Positions 48,924 through 62,272 of a stretch of 64,000 nt of DNA are shown in pieces (within the stretch, counting starts at the first letter, position 1; each line of letters starts with the position of its first letter). Under the pieces are notes generated by a model. The model did not search any database. It was not told the DNA's origin and saw only the letters and a list, made by a program, of their open reading frames with translations. The position numbers were made by a program, and so were the translations under genes. This DNA is from Eledone cirrhosa (Eukaryota): NCBI GenBank assembly GCA_964016885.1, contig OZ024740.1, positions 227,974,001 to 228,038,000 of the forward strand, read 5' to 3'.

Positions 48924-50861
48924 CTGTAAATTAGTAAAGTAAGGAGTCTGAGAAAATCACATAGAGAATTACTGATTAACATGTCCACACTGTAAAGTGG
49001 TCGAGTAGGTGTCACAACAAAAGCACCCAGCAGACACGGTAAATGTGGTTGGCGTTAGGAAGGGCATCCAGCCGTAAAAACCAAGCCCAAATCAATTCTG
49101 TGTGAGTAAAACAGTCTTCCGACTTGGATCTCTCACAACGGGACAGCCCGTCCTACCCATGCTGGCGTGGAAAATGGACATTAAACGATGGTGATCATAA
49201 AGTTATAGTGCAGGTGTCATGATAAAATACACTCTGTACAGTTGTAGTGCAAGGTGTCATAAAACACACTCAATACACTTTGTACAGTTGTAGTGTTGAT
49301 GAAAATCACTACAGTCTGTAAAGAAGTAGTGCTGATGTAAAAAAACATCCAGTACACTCTGTAAAGTTGTAGTGCTGATGCCATGATAAAATGTACTCAG
49401 TACACTCTGTAAAGCTACAGTGCTGGTGCCATGATAAAAACATGTTACTCTCTGTAAAGTTGTAGTGCTGATGTCATGATAAAAACATGTTATACTCTGT
49501 AAAGTTGTAGGGCTGGTGTTGGCACTGCATTAAGTCCTTTTAAGGCTCTTAGTACTTAAAGGTTTATGGTGCCTCCCATATATAAAGTCTGCAAAAAAGA
49601 AAATTTTTTGATATGACAAATATATTTAATTTGAATAAAATGCTGTTCCTCTCCTTCTTTTAATGCCCTAAACATTAGTTCTTATTTTGCTTAAAGGTCT
49701 GACTGGTATCATGATAAAAAAAAACACCCAATAGACTGTATAGTGTAGCATTGGGAAATATATCCAACCATAGAAATCATGTTAAAATATGGAATGTATA
49801 AGCAAGACATGGTCTCTCTGATCCAGCTTGTCTCAGAACTTGACAACCCTTCCAACTCATGCCAGCATAGAAAGCAGACATTAAATGATGATATATACAT
49901 ATATATATATATACAAACATACACACACATATCATCATCACCATTTAACGTCCATTTTTTTCCATGCTAGCATGGGCTAGACGAGTTGTCCCATTGTGAG
50001 ACAAGCCAGATCAGGTAACCATGTCTTGCTCAAACAGAACTGTTTCTGGTTAAGTTTCTACAACTGGATGCCCTTCCTAATGCCAACTACATTTACAGTG
50101 TGGACTGAGTGCTTTTTATCGTGAAACCTACATAACTACTTAACAGTGTGAAATACACATATATGTTGTTGGATTTCCATTGGTTCCAACACTGAGTGTT
50201 CCAGTTTTTCAAACAATGAAACAACCTGCTCCTTAAATTAATGTGCAAGTGGCTGAGCATTCTATAGACATGTCTATCCCTAATCTAATTCTCAGGAGGC
50301 TGAATCTCACAAAGGAAAGAGACAAGTGGAGGGAAACTAGGCTAGACAGAACTCGTCATGCCTCATCATCACCACCACTATTCCTTCTCATCACCATTAC
50401 CCCTTCCTCTTTCTCACCCCCACCACCCTCCTCCTCACTGCCATCATCATCATCTTCACCACCACCATCATCACCATTTTAAGCTTATTCTTCCATGCTA
50501 GCATGGGTTGGACAGGCCCTTTCAGCACAGCATCTCTCCACTCATCACAATCTTTCATCATCTTTACTGTGAGCTTCAGAAATTTGAGATCAGCTCTCAC
50601 AACCTTTGCCCATGTTTTCCTTAGTCTACCTCTACTGCAGCATCCTTCCACTGGGATTTCTTGGCATTTCTTCATGCATCGATTATCCTCCACATGCATC
50701 ACATGCCCATAGAAAAACACACAAAGAAATGATGATGATGATCACCACCACCACCACCACCACCACCACATTAATCATTTTTAAATTGGGCAATTTTATT
50801 TTAAAGACCCATGGCAGTATCTCAGACAATGTGAAAAGGAGGTAAAGAGTAGAATACTTAC

Positions 50862-51207
50862 CACTGTAATGACAAGAATCATTATTGCTATTGAAACAAT
50901 TCCGAAATTTTTTTCTAGCTGAAATGTTTTCTATTTGATCTTCATGAGATGAATCTGATTCAAAGGAATTGTTTTCAATGGAGTTTGATTTAACAATTTT
51001 GGGTAATTTACACACACACAGGGATTTGGGGTAATTCTCTTCGAAATTATTTTCCAAAGGCAGCTCTGAATGTCTTTGAATATCTGGTTCCAAATTTAAT
51101 ACATTGATTTCTGGAACTATTGTTGATGTTATCTCTTCATTGCAAGATTGGTATTCTTCATTATTTGGAGTGCTGATGGCAGGGGAAGGACTAGATTCTC
51201 GAGATTC
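50862..51207 (-). CDS. Uncharacterised gene, exon B (ESRESSPSPAISTPNNEEYQSC...NDSCHYSG)
   Basis: 346 nt open within ORF 50683-51276; gtaagt donor; exits in phase 1, matching the next exon. Confidence 0.75.
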
Positions 51208-52030
51208 CTCAAATGAAAACAATACAAAAATTAGAGTGAGTGCATGTGGAATAGATATATAAATATAGATCAACATTTATGATTTCTTACATAGGCCAAA
51301 GGCCAGAAATTGTGCGTGTGTATGCATGTGGTGGTGGTAATAGCAGCAGCATTGGTAGTAGTTGTAGTATTAGTATTAGTAGTAGAAATGGTAGTCGAAA
51401 ACCTGTTGATTGTGTTGCACAAGAATGGACGTTAAACAATGATGACGATGATTCACTTGATACTCTACTGATTCTACCACTCCAACATTATTAAAAACTT
51501 CAATAATAATAATAATGATTTCTTACATAGGCCAAAGCCCAGAAATTGCGCATGTGTGTGTTGGGTGGCAGAGCTCAGTTGGTTATGACAACACCAATAC
51601 AAGACTGGTACTTTATTTTATCAATTCTGGAAGAATGATAAGCAAAGTAAACCAAGGCAGTTTTTCAACTTGGACTGTAAAGGACAATAACGAAATATTG
51701 CAAGCTATTTCGTTTGATGCTCTAACAATTCTTTCAAACCAATCTAACAAATTATAATAATAATGATTTCTGATTTAGGTATAAGGTCAACAATTTTGGG
51801 GAAGAGAATATTGATTAAATCAACCCCAGTATGTTACTGGTAATTTATTTTATCAACTCTGTAAGGATGAAAGGCAAAGCTAATCTTGGCAAGATTTGAA
51901 CTCAGAACCTAAAGAGTCGTAACTAAACACTGTAAGGTTTTCAGTAGTAGTAGTGGTGGTGGTGGTAATAGCAGCAGCATTAGTTGTAGTTGTAGTATTA
52001 GTATTAGTAGTAGTAATGGTAGTCCAAAAC

Positions 52031-52189
52031 CTGTTGATTGTGTTGCACAAGATATTGATAAAAAGTCTGAGGTTGTGTCTGGTCAGAAGAAGTTGTTTTT
52101 TCTTTGGTACTTAAAATAGGAGTGGTACACCACGATTCTTCATTATTTGTAGTGCTGATGGCAGAGGAAGGACTAGGTTCTCGAGATTC
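52031..52189 (-). CDS. Uncharacterised gene, chimeric duplicated exon copy 2 (ESREPSPSSAISTTNNEESWCTTPILSTKEKTTSSDQTQPQTFYQYLVQHNQQ)
   Basis: 159 nt, phase 0/0, open, same splice sites as copy 1. Confidence 0.6.
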
Positions 52190-52527
52190 CTCAAATGAAA
52201 AGAAAAAAGTAATTAGAGTGAGTGTATGTGGGGGATATATATATATATATAACAACATATATTAACTAGATAGAGAGAGTGAGAAAAAGAAAGAAACTGA
52301 GTGACTTGAAAGGTAAGACATCATCATCATTATCTTCATCACTGTTTAATGTCTATTTTTCCAAGTTGCATGGGTTAGATGGGTCATCCATGTTATGAGA
52401 CAAGTCTGGTCAGGTGGACACACCGTACCTTGCTCAAATGGAATTGTATTACCTTATATAATAAATAGTTAAGTAGATGACAGAGGATAATGTGTTATAA
52501 TATATATATATATGTATTATAATGTAT

Positions 52528-52558
<31 letters not shown>

Positions 52559-53970
52559 ATTCTTTTATTAATATATTTCTAATGAAAAACACTGGCTATA
52601 ATTTTTTAAGTGTTTTGAAAATTATCAAGAATATTACTAAATCAGGGAATTAGTAATATAACAATTTCTTATTATTAAATGGATTGGTTGTATTGGTTGA
52701 GTGTCAGACAGAGTACTTTGTGGCATTTGTTATGTTTTTAGTTCAAATCCTGCCGAGGTCAACTTTGCTTTCATCTCAGTCACTTACTGGAGTCGATGTA
52801 TTTGACTTCCCCCTTCCCACAAAATGGTGGCATTGTTAGATAATTATAAACAGGTTGTTAGATAATTATATACACTTTAAAATATAATTTTGGTGGATAG
52901 GTCTAGTATCTGACTGCTATTTTATTTCATCATTCATGGAAGGATGCAAAGCATATTTAAACCTGTTAGCAGTAAAACTTGGAGCATAAAGAAAGGCATC
53001 CAGATGTAGAAACGAAGCCCTGTATGAACAAGATATGGTCATTAGATCTGGCTTGTCTCACAACAGGACAACTTGTCTAACCCATGCTAGCATGGAAGAA
53101 TGGACTTTAAACAATGATGACGATGATTCATTTGATACTCTACTGATTCTACCCCTCCAACATTATAAAAACTTCAATAATAATAATAATTGTTTCTACT
53201 TTAGGCACAAGGCCAGCAATAACCAAGTACATTACTGGTATTTTATTTTGATTTCTTACATAGGCCAAAGGCCAGAAATTGTGCATGTGTGTGTTGGGTG
53301 GCAGAGCTCAGTTGGTTATGACAACACCAATACAAGACTGGTACTTTATTCTATCAATTCTGGAAGAATGATAAGCAAAGTAAACCAAGGCAGTTTTTCA
53401 ACTTGGACTGTAAAGGACAATAACGAAATATTGCAAGCTATTTCGTTTGATGCTCTAACAATTCTTTCAAACCAATCTAACAAATTATAATAATAATTGT
53501 TTCTACTTTTGGCACAAGGCCAGCAACTACCCAGTGTATTACTGGTACTTTATTTTATCGACCCCGTAAGGATGAAAGGCAAAGTTAACCTTGGCGGGAT
53601 TTGAACTCAGAATGGCAATGGCAGTAACTCTATGCGTCAAAGCATGGCGTCCAACCCTCTACCGATACTGCCAATCCCCCGCCTTATTATAATAATAATG
53701 ATTTCTGATTTAGGTACAAGGTCAACAATTTTGGGAGGAGAATATTGATTAAATCAACCCCAGTATGTTACTGGTAATTTATTTTATCAACTCTGTAAGG
53801 ATGAACGGCAAAGCTAATCTTGGCAAGATTTGAACTCAGAACGTAAAGAGTCGTAACTAAACACTGTAAGGTTTTCAGTAGTAGTAGTGGTGGTGGTGGT
53901 AATAGCAGCAGCATTAGTTGTAGTTGTAGTATTAGTATTAGTATTAGTAGTAGTAATGGTAGTCCAAAAC

Positions 53971-54129
53971 CTGTTGATTGTGTTGCACAAGATATTGATC
54001 AACACTCTGAGGCTGTGTCGGGTCAGAAGAAGTTGTTTTTTCTTTGGTACTTAAAATAGGAGTGGTACACCACGATTCTTCATTATTTGTAGTGCTGATG
54101 GCAGAGGAAGGACTAGGTTCTCGAGATTC
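53971..54129 (-). CDS. Uncharacterised gene, chimeric duplicated exon copy 1 (ESREPSPSSAISTTNNEESWCTTPILSTKEKTTSSDPTQPQSVDQYLVQHNQQ)
   Basis: 159 nt, phase 0/0, open; branch-like ctaat plus tttgag acceptor; CAG|gtttt donor. Confidence 0.6.
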
Positions 54130-54389
54130 CTCAAATGAAAAGAAAAAAGTAATTAGAGTGAGTGTATGTGGGGGATATATATATATATAACAACATATAT
54201 TGACTAGATAGAGAGAGTGAGAAAAAGAAAGAAACTGAGTGACTTGAAAGGTAAGACATCATCATCATTATCTTCATCACTGTTTAATGTCTATTTTTCC
54301 AAGCTTGCATGGGTTAGATCGGTCATCCACGTTATGAGACAAGCCTGGTCAGTTGGACACACCGTACCTTGCTCAAATGGAATTGTATT

Positions 54390-55675
54390 AGAGAAACACT
54401 TTGGAACATCTGGAATTCTCAGTCTTATCCGGGCCCCCACAATTTGGATTTATCCCTAACTCCAGCTGGTGTGATCAACTTATCGAGTTTCTTGAAGATG
54501 TTACCCGAATCGCTAATGATGGCTCATGGGTAGATGTTGCTTATCTTGACTTTGTTAAAGCTTTTAATTCTGTGCCACACAAAAGACTTATGGCAAAACT
54601 ATCTGCAATGAGTGTGAAGGATGATCTTTTCAATTGGTTCAAGTCCTTTATTCTCAGTTGAAGAGAGGTAGTCATGGTTCTAGGACAGCATTCTTCACCG
54701 TATGAGATGTCATCTGATGTACCACAGGGATCTGTTCTTGGTCCCCTTTTGTTTGTTACATAGATGTCAACTTAAAAAATGCCACAGTTCTGAAATATGC
54801 AGATGACATCAAGCTGTACGTTGAGATAAAAAGGACAGATCCTGAACACTGGATCTTTCCTGCAATCTGACCTGGAAACAATGCAACAATCGATCACGGA
54901 CTGGCAACTCAAGATGGCTGTGGACAAATGCACCACAATGCATTTTGGGAGGAAAAACCCAGCATCCACATACTCCCTACACAACACTAATATCAAAATG
55001 TCTTCTTGTCAGCAGCAATTTGCGTTGGATAAAGAACTTCTCTAAAATTGTCAAGAAGGTCAAGGGTGTCTTAGCATCACCCAGCAAGACCTTTGTCAGC
55101 CGCTCTCCGCTATCTATTTAAAGCTCTATATAGCCATAGTATGGCCACACTTAGAATTTGCATCACCAGTCTGGAACCTCTATCTTGCTCAGAACATTGA
55201 CCTCCTGGAAACTGTTCAGAGACGTGCAACCAAGCGATTACCCTCCATCAGGCATCTACCATACTCTGAACACCTTGCTTCCCTGGGCATAGATACATTG
55301 AAGCTCTGACATTTGGCAACTGACATGGTAAACACCCACAAAATTATTAATCATCTTGCCAACAACAACCCTGAGCTCCCATGACTTTCGGAAACATTTT
55401 TTCACGCTCAGAGTTGCTGAAGCATGGAACAATCTACCTGCATCAGTTGTTAGCTGCCAAGACACTGCATCCTTTAAAACCTCCATGCTTCCTGGAATTT
55501 GCCAACACTACACCTGATATCCCCCCTCCATACACATGCACACATGTATATCATGACTCATACACTGTTCACTTTCCTGACATTTGTACATTATTCTATG
55601 TACTATACAAGCACCTTTGATGAGTTATAGTGCTCCTGAGCACTGTACACAATAATTTCATTATTATTATTATTA
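54390..55675 (+). mobile_element. 5'-truncated CR1/L2-group LINE, same family as 2490-6052
   Basis: RT motifs, same 3' UTR and (ATT)n tail; empty site visible in the paralogous intron at about 52450. Confidence 0.92.
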
Positions 55676-56213
55676 TATTATATAATAAATTGTTAAGTAG
55701 ATGACAGGATAATGTGCTTTATCCTAATATATATATAATGGAGGCACATGGCTTAGTGGTTAGAGCATTGGCTTTGCAATCGAAAGGTTGTGAGTTCAAT
55801 TCTCAGACCAGGTGATGTGTTGTTTCCTTGAGCAAGACACTTTATTTCACATTGCTCTAGTTTACTTAGCTGTAGAAATGAGATGATAGGGACCCCAGTC
55901 CCTATCATTCCACTGCAAAGTGGTCGTGTAGGTGCCACGGCAAAAAAAAAAAGCACCCAGCACTCACTGTAAATGAGGTTGGTGTTAGGAAGGGCATCCA
56001 GCTGTAGAAATCAAGCCAGAATCAGTTCCCGTCCCACCCTTGCAAGCAGGGAAAAGCGGACGTAAAATGAAATGATGAATGATGATATATATGTGTAATC
56101 TTTTTATAGTAGTAGTGGTAGTGGTGGTGGTAATAACAACAGCAGTATTAGCATTATTATTCTTAGTAGTAGTAGTGGTAATAGCAGCATTAGTAGTAGT
56201 AGTAGTCCAAAAC

Positions 56214-56310
56214 CTGTTGATTGTGTAGCAAAAGATATTGATCAAAATTCAGTGGTTGTGTCTGGTCAGAAGAAGTTTCTTTGGTACTTAAAATAGGACT
56301 GGAACACCAT
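56214..56310 (-). CDS. Uncharacterised minus-strand gene, exon A (WCSSPILSTKETSSDQTQPLNFDQYLLLHNQQ)
   Basis: ttatag acceptor, CAG|gtttt donor, 97 nt open, exits in phase 0; upstream exons not identified. Confidence 0.65.
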
Positions 56311-58492
56311 CTATAATAGAATAATAGAATATTAGACCATAGAAAATGTAGAGGAATACGTGAAGATATAAAACAAACTGTCATAAACAGAAATCCCCTT
56401 CATGTTGTTGACTAGATATCAATGTGATTTTAAAATCTTTTGACAGGATCATTACATCTGGTTGTGTCAGAAGCATTTAAACTGATAGGGAATGGTGTAG
56501 TTTTTGAAGGTGAAAAACAGGATAATAACAGAAAATATAGGAGGCATTTTGATCTAAATGCAAAAAGGACAACACATGAGGTAGAAAACAGAGCAATAAT
56601 GGGGAATGTTAGGGTTTGAACAAACAACAACACATACATGAGTGTACAGAAGAAATGCTAAGAGAGGAAAATACAGTAGTAATTTGTTCAAGACAAAACA
56701 AAAAATGGAGTAGGCAGATACTATCTAATAGACCTCATTAACAGTAGAGGTGGGTATACTGAAAGTTTTGTAACCAGAGAGAGAACAGGATGGAAGAAGT
56801 ACAGGGAGATGTTGCCTCTGCTGACAAAAAAAGGCTTCTTTTTTTCAGAGTAAAGGAGAGATTATATGATGCTTGTATTCAAACTGCTATGCTACATAGG
56901 AGCAATATATGGGCTCTGAGTGCAGAAGATCTGTGATGGCTAAAAAGAAATGAAGCATGCATGCTTCACTTGAAAAATTGAGAATAAGAGGTACTGAATG
57001 TAGTATGCAAGAGAATAAATGTGATGCGTAAAGAGAATGAAAGTTGTATAAAATAGATACCAAGAGCTTGAAGTGGCTGGAACTTGTGTAAGAAGGAGAC
57101 TAAGGAAGACATGGAATGGAGTTGTGAAGAATGATCTCAAGAAACTGAACCTCATGAAGGAAAGTTGACTGGTGATACACCATAATAAAAAACACCCTGT
57201 CCACCTGTACAAGCACTGTGATTCTGAAAGAAAACATGGTGAGAGACTGGAGGCTACAGTGTTGGCAATTGATAGGGCTATAGAGTGATAGTGTGGGTGC
57301 TATAATAAAACATATCTGGTACACCCTGTGAGGTGGTTGGCATTAAGAGGGCATCTGGCTGTGGAAGTCATGCTAGATATGGAATATGAGTGAGATGGAG
57401 CATCTAACACTTGCCACCGTGGAATGTGGACATAAAATGATGATGATGATATGTATATATATATATATGTATGTGTAAATGTATATGAGAGTATGTATAT
57501 ATATGTATGTGTGTGTACATATGTATATGTAGTCATTCAAATCATATCACCAACTTTGTATCATTCCAACACTTTTTCTTATTTCTTACATTACTTTGAT
57601 AAAAGATTCTATATGAAATGTCAGGTGGATTCCTTTCTTTTTATATGGTGTAAATATTTCTACTCTACACACATTGTTCTTATTTTTGTGCAAACATTTT
57701 GTCAGCCACTTCTTTTTAGTTTTTTTCACTTTTTGCTTATCTGTTCTATTGTGTCATCCTCACCTATATTATGTCTTCATTAATCTCCTTCTTACACAGG
57801 TTCCATCCACTTCAAGCTCTTGGCATCTATTTTATACAACTTACATTCTCTTTATGCATCTCATTTGACTCTCTAGCATGCTACATTCAGAGTCGAGCCC
57901 GATCGATTAAGATCGAACCATGAGCTGATCAATCCCGAAACGCATGTCACACCTGAATAAATTTAATGAAAATTTGATACCTCATCCATACTTATTATTA
58001 TGACACTCTGTGGGCAGTGGATTGGCAGTATCAGTAGAGGGTCGGACGCCATGCGTTGCAGCATAGAGTTACAGTCTGAATTCAAATCACACTGAGGTTA
58101 ACTCTGCCTTCCATCCTTGTGGGGCGATAAAATAAAGTACCAGTCACGCACTGGGGTCGATTTAATCGATTTTCCCCTTCTCCAAATTGCTGGTCTTGTG
58201 CCTATATAAGAAACCATTATTATGACACTCTGTTTAATACAATCCCAAAGTACATACTGAAGACTACACATTCCGTGCTCGCTTTGGTGAACTAACAGTA
58301 ACTTGATCCTGAAACTATATATATATATATGTGTGTGTGTGTGTTTATGTATTTGTTCTGCATGATTCTTATTGTGAAATCATGCGTTGAAACTGATATG
58401 TTTATATTTGGGGATAGTCATGTTGCCAATAGAAAGAAACACACGCACCATATAACTTTATCTTTATTGTTCATTATTAATTTGTTCATCAA

Positions 58493-58682
58493 GGGCGGTG
58501 AATTGGCAGTATCGGTAGGTCGGACGCCATGCTTCGACGCATAGAGTTACGGCCCTTGCCATTCTGAGTTCAAATCCCGCTGAGGTTAACTTTGCCTTTC
58601 ATCCTTACGGGGTCGATAAAATAAAGTACCAGTAATGCACTGGGTAATTGCTGGCCTTGTGCCAAAAGTAGAAACAATTATT
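58493..58682 (+). mobile_element. SINE family 1 copy; others at 23930-24115 (-), 34071-34222 (+), 53495-53685 (-) and 58012-58220 (+)
   Basis: Same A/B boxes and body; flanked by duplicated attattaatttgttcatcaa (TSD). Confidence 0.88.
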
Positions 58683-59209
58683 AATTTGTTCATCAAAGTT
58701 CTTTCATCACACATTCTACAGCATCTAGCTGTAGAAAGCTTGTGAAACAAAGAGTTAGGAGGACTCCCAGTTCTGTCAAAGACATGACAATCTCTACTGT
58801 GCACTTGGTGGAATGTGAGACTGTACATAATCAAGACACAGATCCCTGGCCTGTCTGGGAGATCAGTGGCTCTGCTTCAGTACTGACTTGGTCTATGTAG
58901 ACCCATCCAACCCTTGCTAGCAGGGAAAGTGGATGTTAAAATGACAACAATGATGATGATGATATATATATAACTTAATTTTAGGTTTAATCAATACATA
59001 TAAAATATGTATAGATAAGGTTTCTCAGTAAAAGCTCAATAAACTTTTGTTTAGAACATCAATAATATAAAATGATTTTAAATAATATGGAGATATATCA
59101 ATTGAGAGTCTAACCAGGCTTTAACACTTAAATATATAAATATATAAATCAAATACAATTTAAGGTGTTAAATAAAAACATTATTCACACAACAGGAAGA
59201 AGAACGAGA

Positions 59210-61870
59210 CGTCACATCTCAGAGTTGCCACTCTAACAGGTAGATCTGATGAGATAGCGGAGATGCTGGAGAGAAGGCATGTGGATGTGTGCTGTGTGCA
59301 AGAGGTGAGATGGAGAGGTGCCTCTGCAAGACTAATCGCAGGCAAACATTGTAGTTATAAGCTTTTCTGGGTGGGTAATGATGATGGGTTAGGGGGAGTA
59401 GGCATTTTCCTGGCTGAGAGATGGATCAATAAGACAATAGAGGTAGTTAGAGTTAGTGATAGAATAATTAAGCTTAGATTAATTGTAGGCAAGAGACTAC
59501 TGACAATCATCTCTGCCTATGCTCCCCAGGCAGGCCTAGGTAAAGAAGAGAAAGACTGCTTTTACGAGCAACTTTTACAAACAGCTTCAATGGACATGTT
59601 GGACAGCTCTAGGATGGATGATATACTGGGGTACATGGTGGGCACGATTACAGCTCAAGAAATGAAGAAGGAGTGAGGCTTCTTGAATTTTGTGATGCAA
59701 ATGCACTAACCATTTGCAACAATAACTTCCAGAAGCCTACCAACCACCTAATAACCTACAAATCATCAGGCGAGCACATAAGCTAGATCGACTTCCTGCT
59801 AGTTTGACAGCAAGACAGACAGATGGTGTCAAATACTAAGGCATACCCTGGGGAAGAATGTACCCCACAGCATAGGTTAGTCGTCAGTGACATCTCAGTA
59901 TGAGAAAGAATGAGACATACAGAAAGGTGTGGAAAAGAAAGGTCTGGAAGCTAAAAGACCTTTCATTAAAATATAAATTTAGCAAAGCCCTTCAAGACGT
60001 GTATGACAAAAAAGAAGACGATTTAGAGTTATATGACATAGATGATAACTGGAATTTCTTGCGTGACAACTTACTGCAGGCTACTGTAGAAACTTGTGGT
60101 TGGGGCAGAGCTTCAACCAGACAGAGAATGACTCAGTGGTGGAACAGCACAGTAGATAGGGCCATTAGAGACAAAAGACTGGCATGGAAGGCTTGGAAAA
60201 ATGGTGGGAGTAGGGAAGGATACACAACTGCTAGGAGAGAAGCTAGACGTCAGGTGTACTAGGCATGCAGGGAGGCTGAGAGTAGGAGGTTTGCCAATGT
60301 TCTGCGACGGGAAGATCAGAGACCAGCGGTGTTCCGCATTGCAAGGCAGTGTGTCAGTGCAAATCAGGATGTTGTTGGAGATAAATGTGTCCGGAATGAT
60401 GCCGGTGTAATTAGTGTCACGAATGATAAAAAAAAGGAGGCCTGGAAATGTCACTATGAGAGACTGATGAATGTGGAGAATGAATGGGACAGAGAGAAAT
60501 TACCCCCAGTAGACCCAACAGAGGGACCAGCTATTGAGATTGACGAATATAGGGTACAAGAGGCAATTAAAGAAATGAAGAATGGTAAGGCTGCTGGACC
60601 GTCGGGGATAGTTGCTGAGATGTTGAAGGCATTAAACTGGTTGCACACATCATCAATCAAGTTATATATGGTGGTGTCATACCCAAAGACTGGTGCAGCA
60701 GTATTCTCATAAATTGCTACAAAGGTAAAGGAGATGCTCAAGAGAGGAGCAATTATAGGGGCATAAAGCTGATGTATCAGGTTATGAAAGTGGCAGAGAG
60801 AATATTAGCGCAACTGATTAGAGAAAGAGTCAAATTAGATGAGATGCAGTTTGGTTTTGTGCCTGGGAAGAGCACAACAGATGCCCTCTTCTTGGTGAGG
60901 CAACTACAAGAGAGGTTCTTAGAGAAGAATAAGCCACTATACTTAGTCTTTGTTGACCTAGAGAAGGCTTTTGATAGGGTACCCCGATCTGTCATCTGGT
61001 GGTCCCTAAGCAAACTAGGTGTAGAGGAATGGCTTGTGAGGGCAGTGCAAACTATGTACATGGGTGATGTCAGTAAAGTGAGAGTAGGTATGGAGTTTAG
61101 TGAGGAATTCCAGATATAAATAGGTGTACATCAGGGTTCGGTCCTCAGCTCGCTCTTGTTCATTATAGTCCTCCAAGCCACAACAGAGGAGTTTAAGACT
61201 GGATGCCCATGGGAATTTCTCTATACTGATGATCTGGCTCTTATAGCAGAATCAGTAGAGGAGCTAGAGAATAAATTCTGGCTATGGAAACAGCAGTTGG
61301 AATCAAGAGGCCTGAGAATGAACATAGCTAAGACAAAAGTGTTGATAATTAGAAGAGAGGACAATACTCTGATTCTATCAGGGAAATGGCCATGTTCGAT
61401 ATGTAGGAAAGGAACTGTCATAAATTCCATAAAATGTATGCAAAGAAGGGTTTCTCCCTGCATACGAAAGGCCGGTTATATGATGCCTGTGTGGGAAGCA
61501 AGTATGCTCCGTTGGATGTGCAATGTCAATGTGCGTGAACGACCAAGCATGGACGAGTTGAGAAAGAAACTGGGTTTAAGAGGGATAAGTTGTGGTGTGC
61601 AGGAGAGAAGGCTGAGATGGTATGGACATGTGATGTGCATGGAGGATGACTGCTGGGTAAAGAAGTGCTAAGAAATCCCAGTAGAAGGAAGACACAGAAG
61701 AGGTAGACCACACAAAACATGGGCGGAGGTGGTGAGAGCAGACCACAGATCGCTGAAACTCACAGTGGAGATGACGAAGGACCGTGACAAGCGGAGAGAT
61801 GCTGTGCTGAATAGGACCCGTCCAACCCTTGCAAGCAGGGAAAAGCGGACATAAAATGATGATGATGATT
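59210..61870 (+). mobile_element. Near full-length decayed RTE-clade LINE (APE plus RT), close relative of 35050-37355
   Basis: [36 protein letters not shown]; same 3' tail; internal deletion near 61440. Confidence 0.93.
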
Positions 61871-62229
61871 AATTTATATTTAAATAGCTGTACTTCCAAA
61901 TATGACCATTCAAGCATAGACAAATCTGTTTCTGAGAATCAGAAAAAAAATTGAAAATCCACCATTGATTACAGTAATTAGTATCGATTACGGTGAAAAT
62001 TCAATGAAGACTATCATTCCCTTCATCAGTATGTTTAAGTCTCTGCTAAAATACATATATATCTCGCGCTGTATTAAAAGCCTAGTTCCTACCTTTTGTG
62101 GCAGATATTTATTTAAATATCTCCCATGAGGTGTAAATTATAACGTAATATATAGAAATATATATAGAGATATAGAGAGAAGGGCAAACAGGACAAGGCT
62201 TAAGGATTGCTAGAAAGAGATCCAGGTAT

Positions 62230-62272
62230 GCAGTCCTGATGAAGGGTAATGACCCAGAAACATGTTGATTGT
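62230..62272 (+). ncRNA. Minimal type I hammerhead ribozyme motif
   Basis: GCAGUC-CUGAUGA-AGGGU-AAUG-ACCCA-GAAA-CAUGUU-GAUUGU; stem I pairs, palindromic AACAUGUU. Confidence 0.6.

Noticed and set aside
58256-58316. ctgaaga...gaaac as another hammerhead
   Set aside because: No convincing stem I, II or III pairing.
61880-62110. Possible upstream exons of the minus-strand gene (acceptor- and donor-like sites)
   Set aside because: Frames tested hit stops and no phase-compatible exon could be built.
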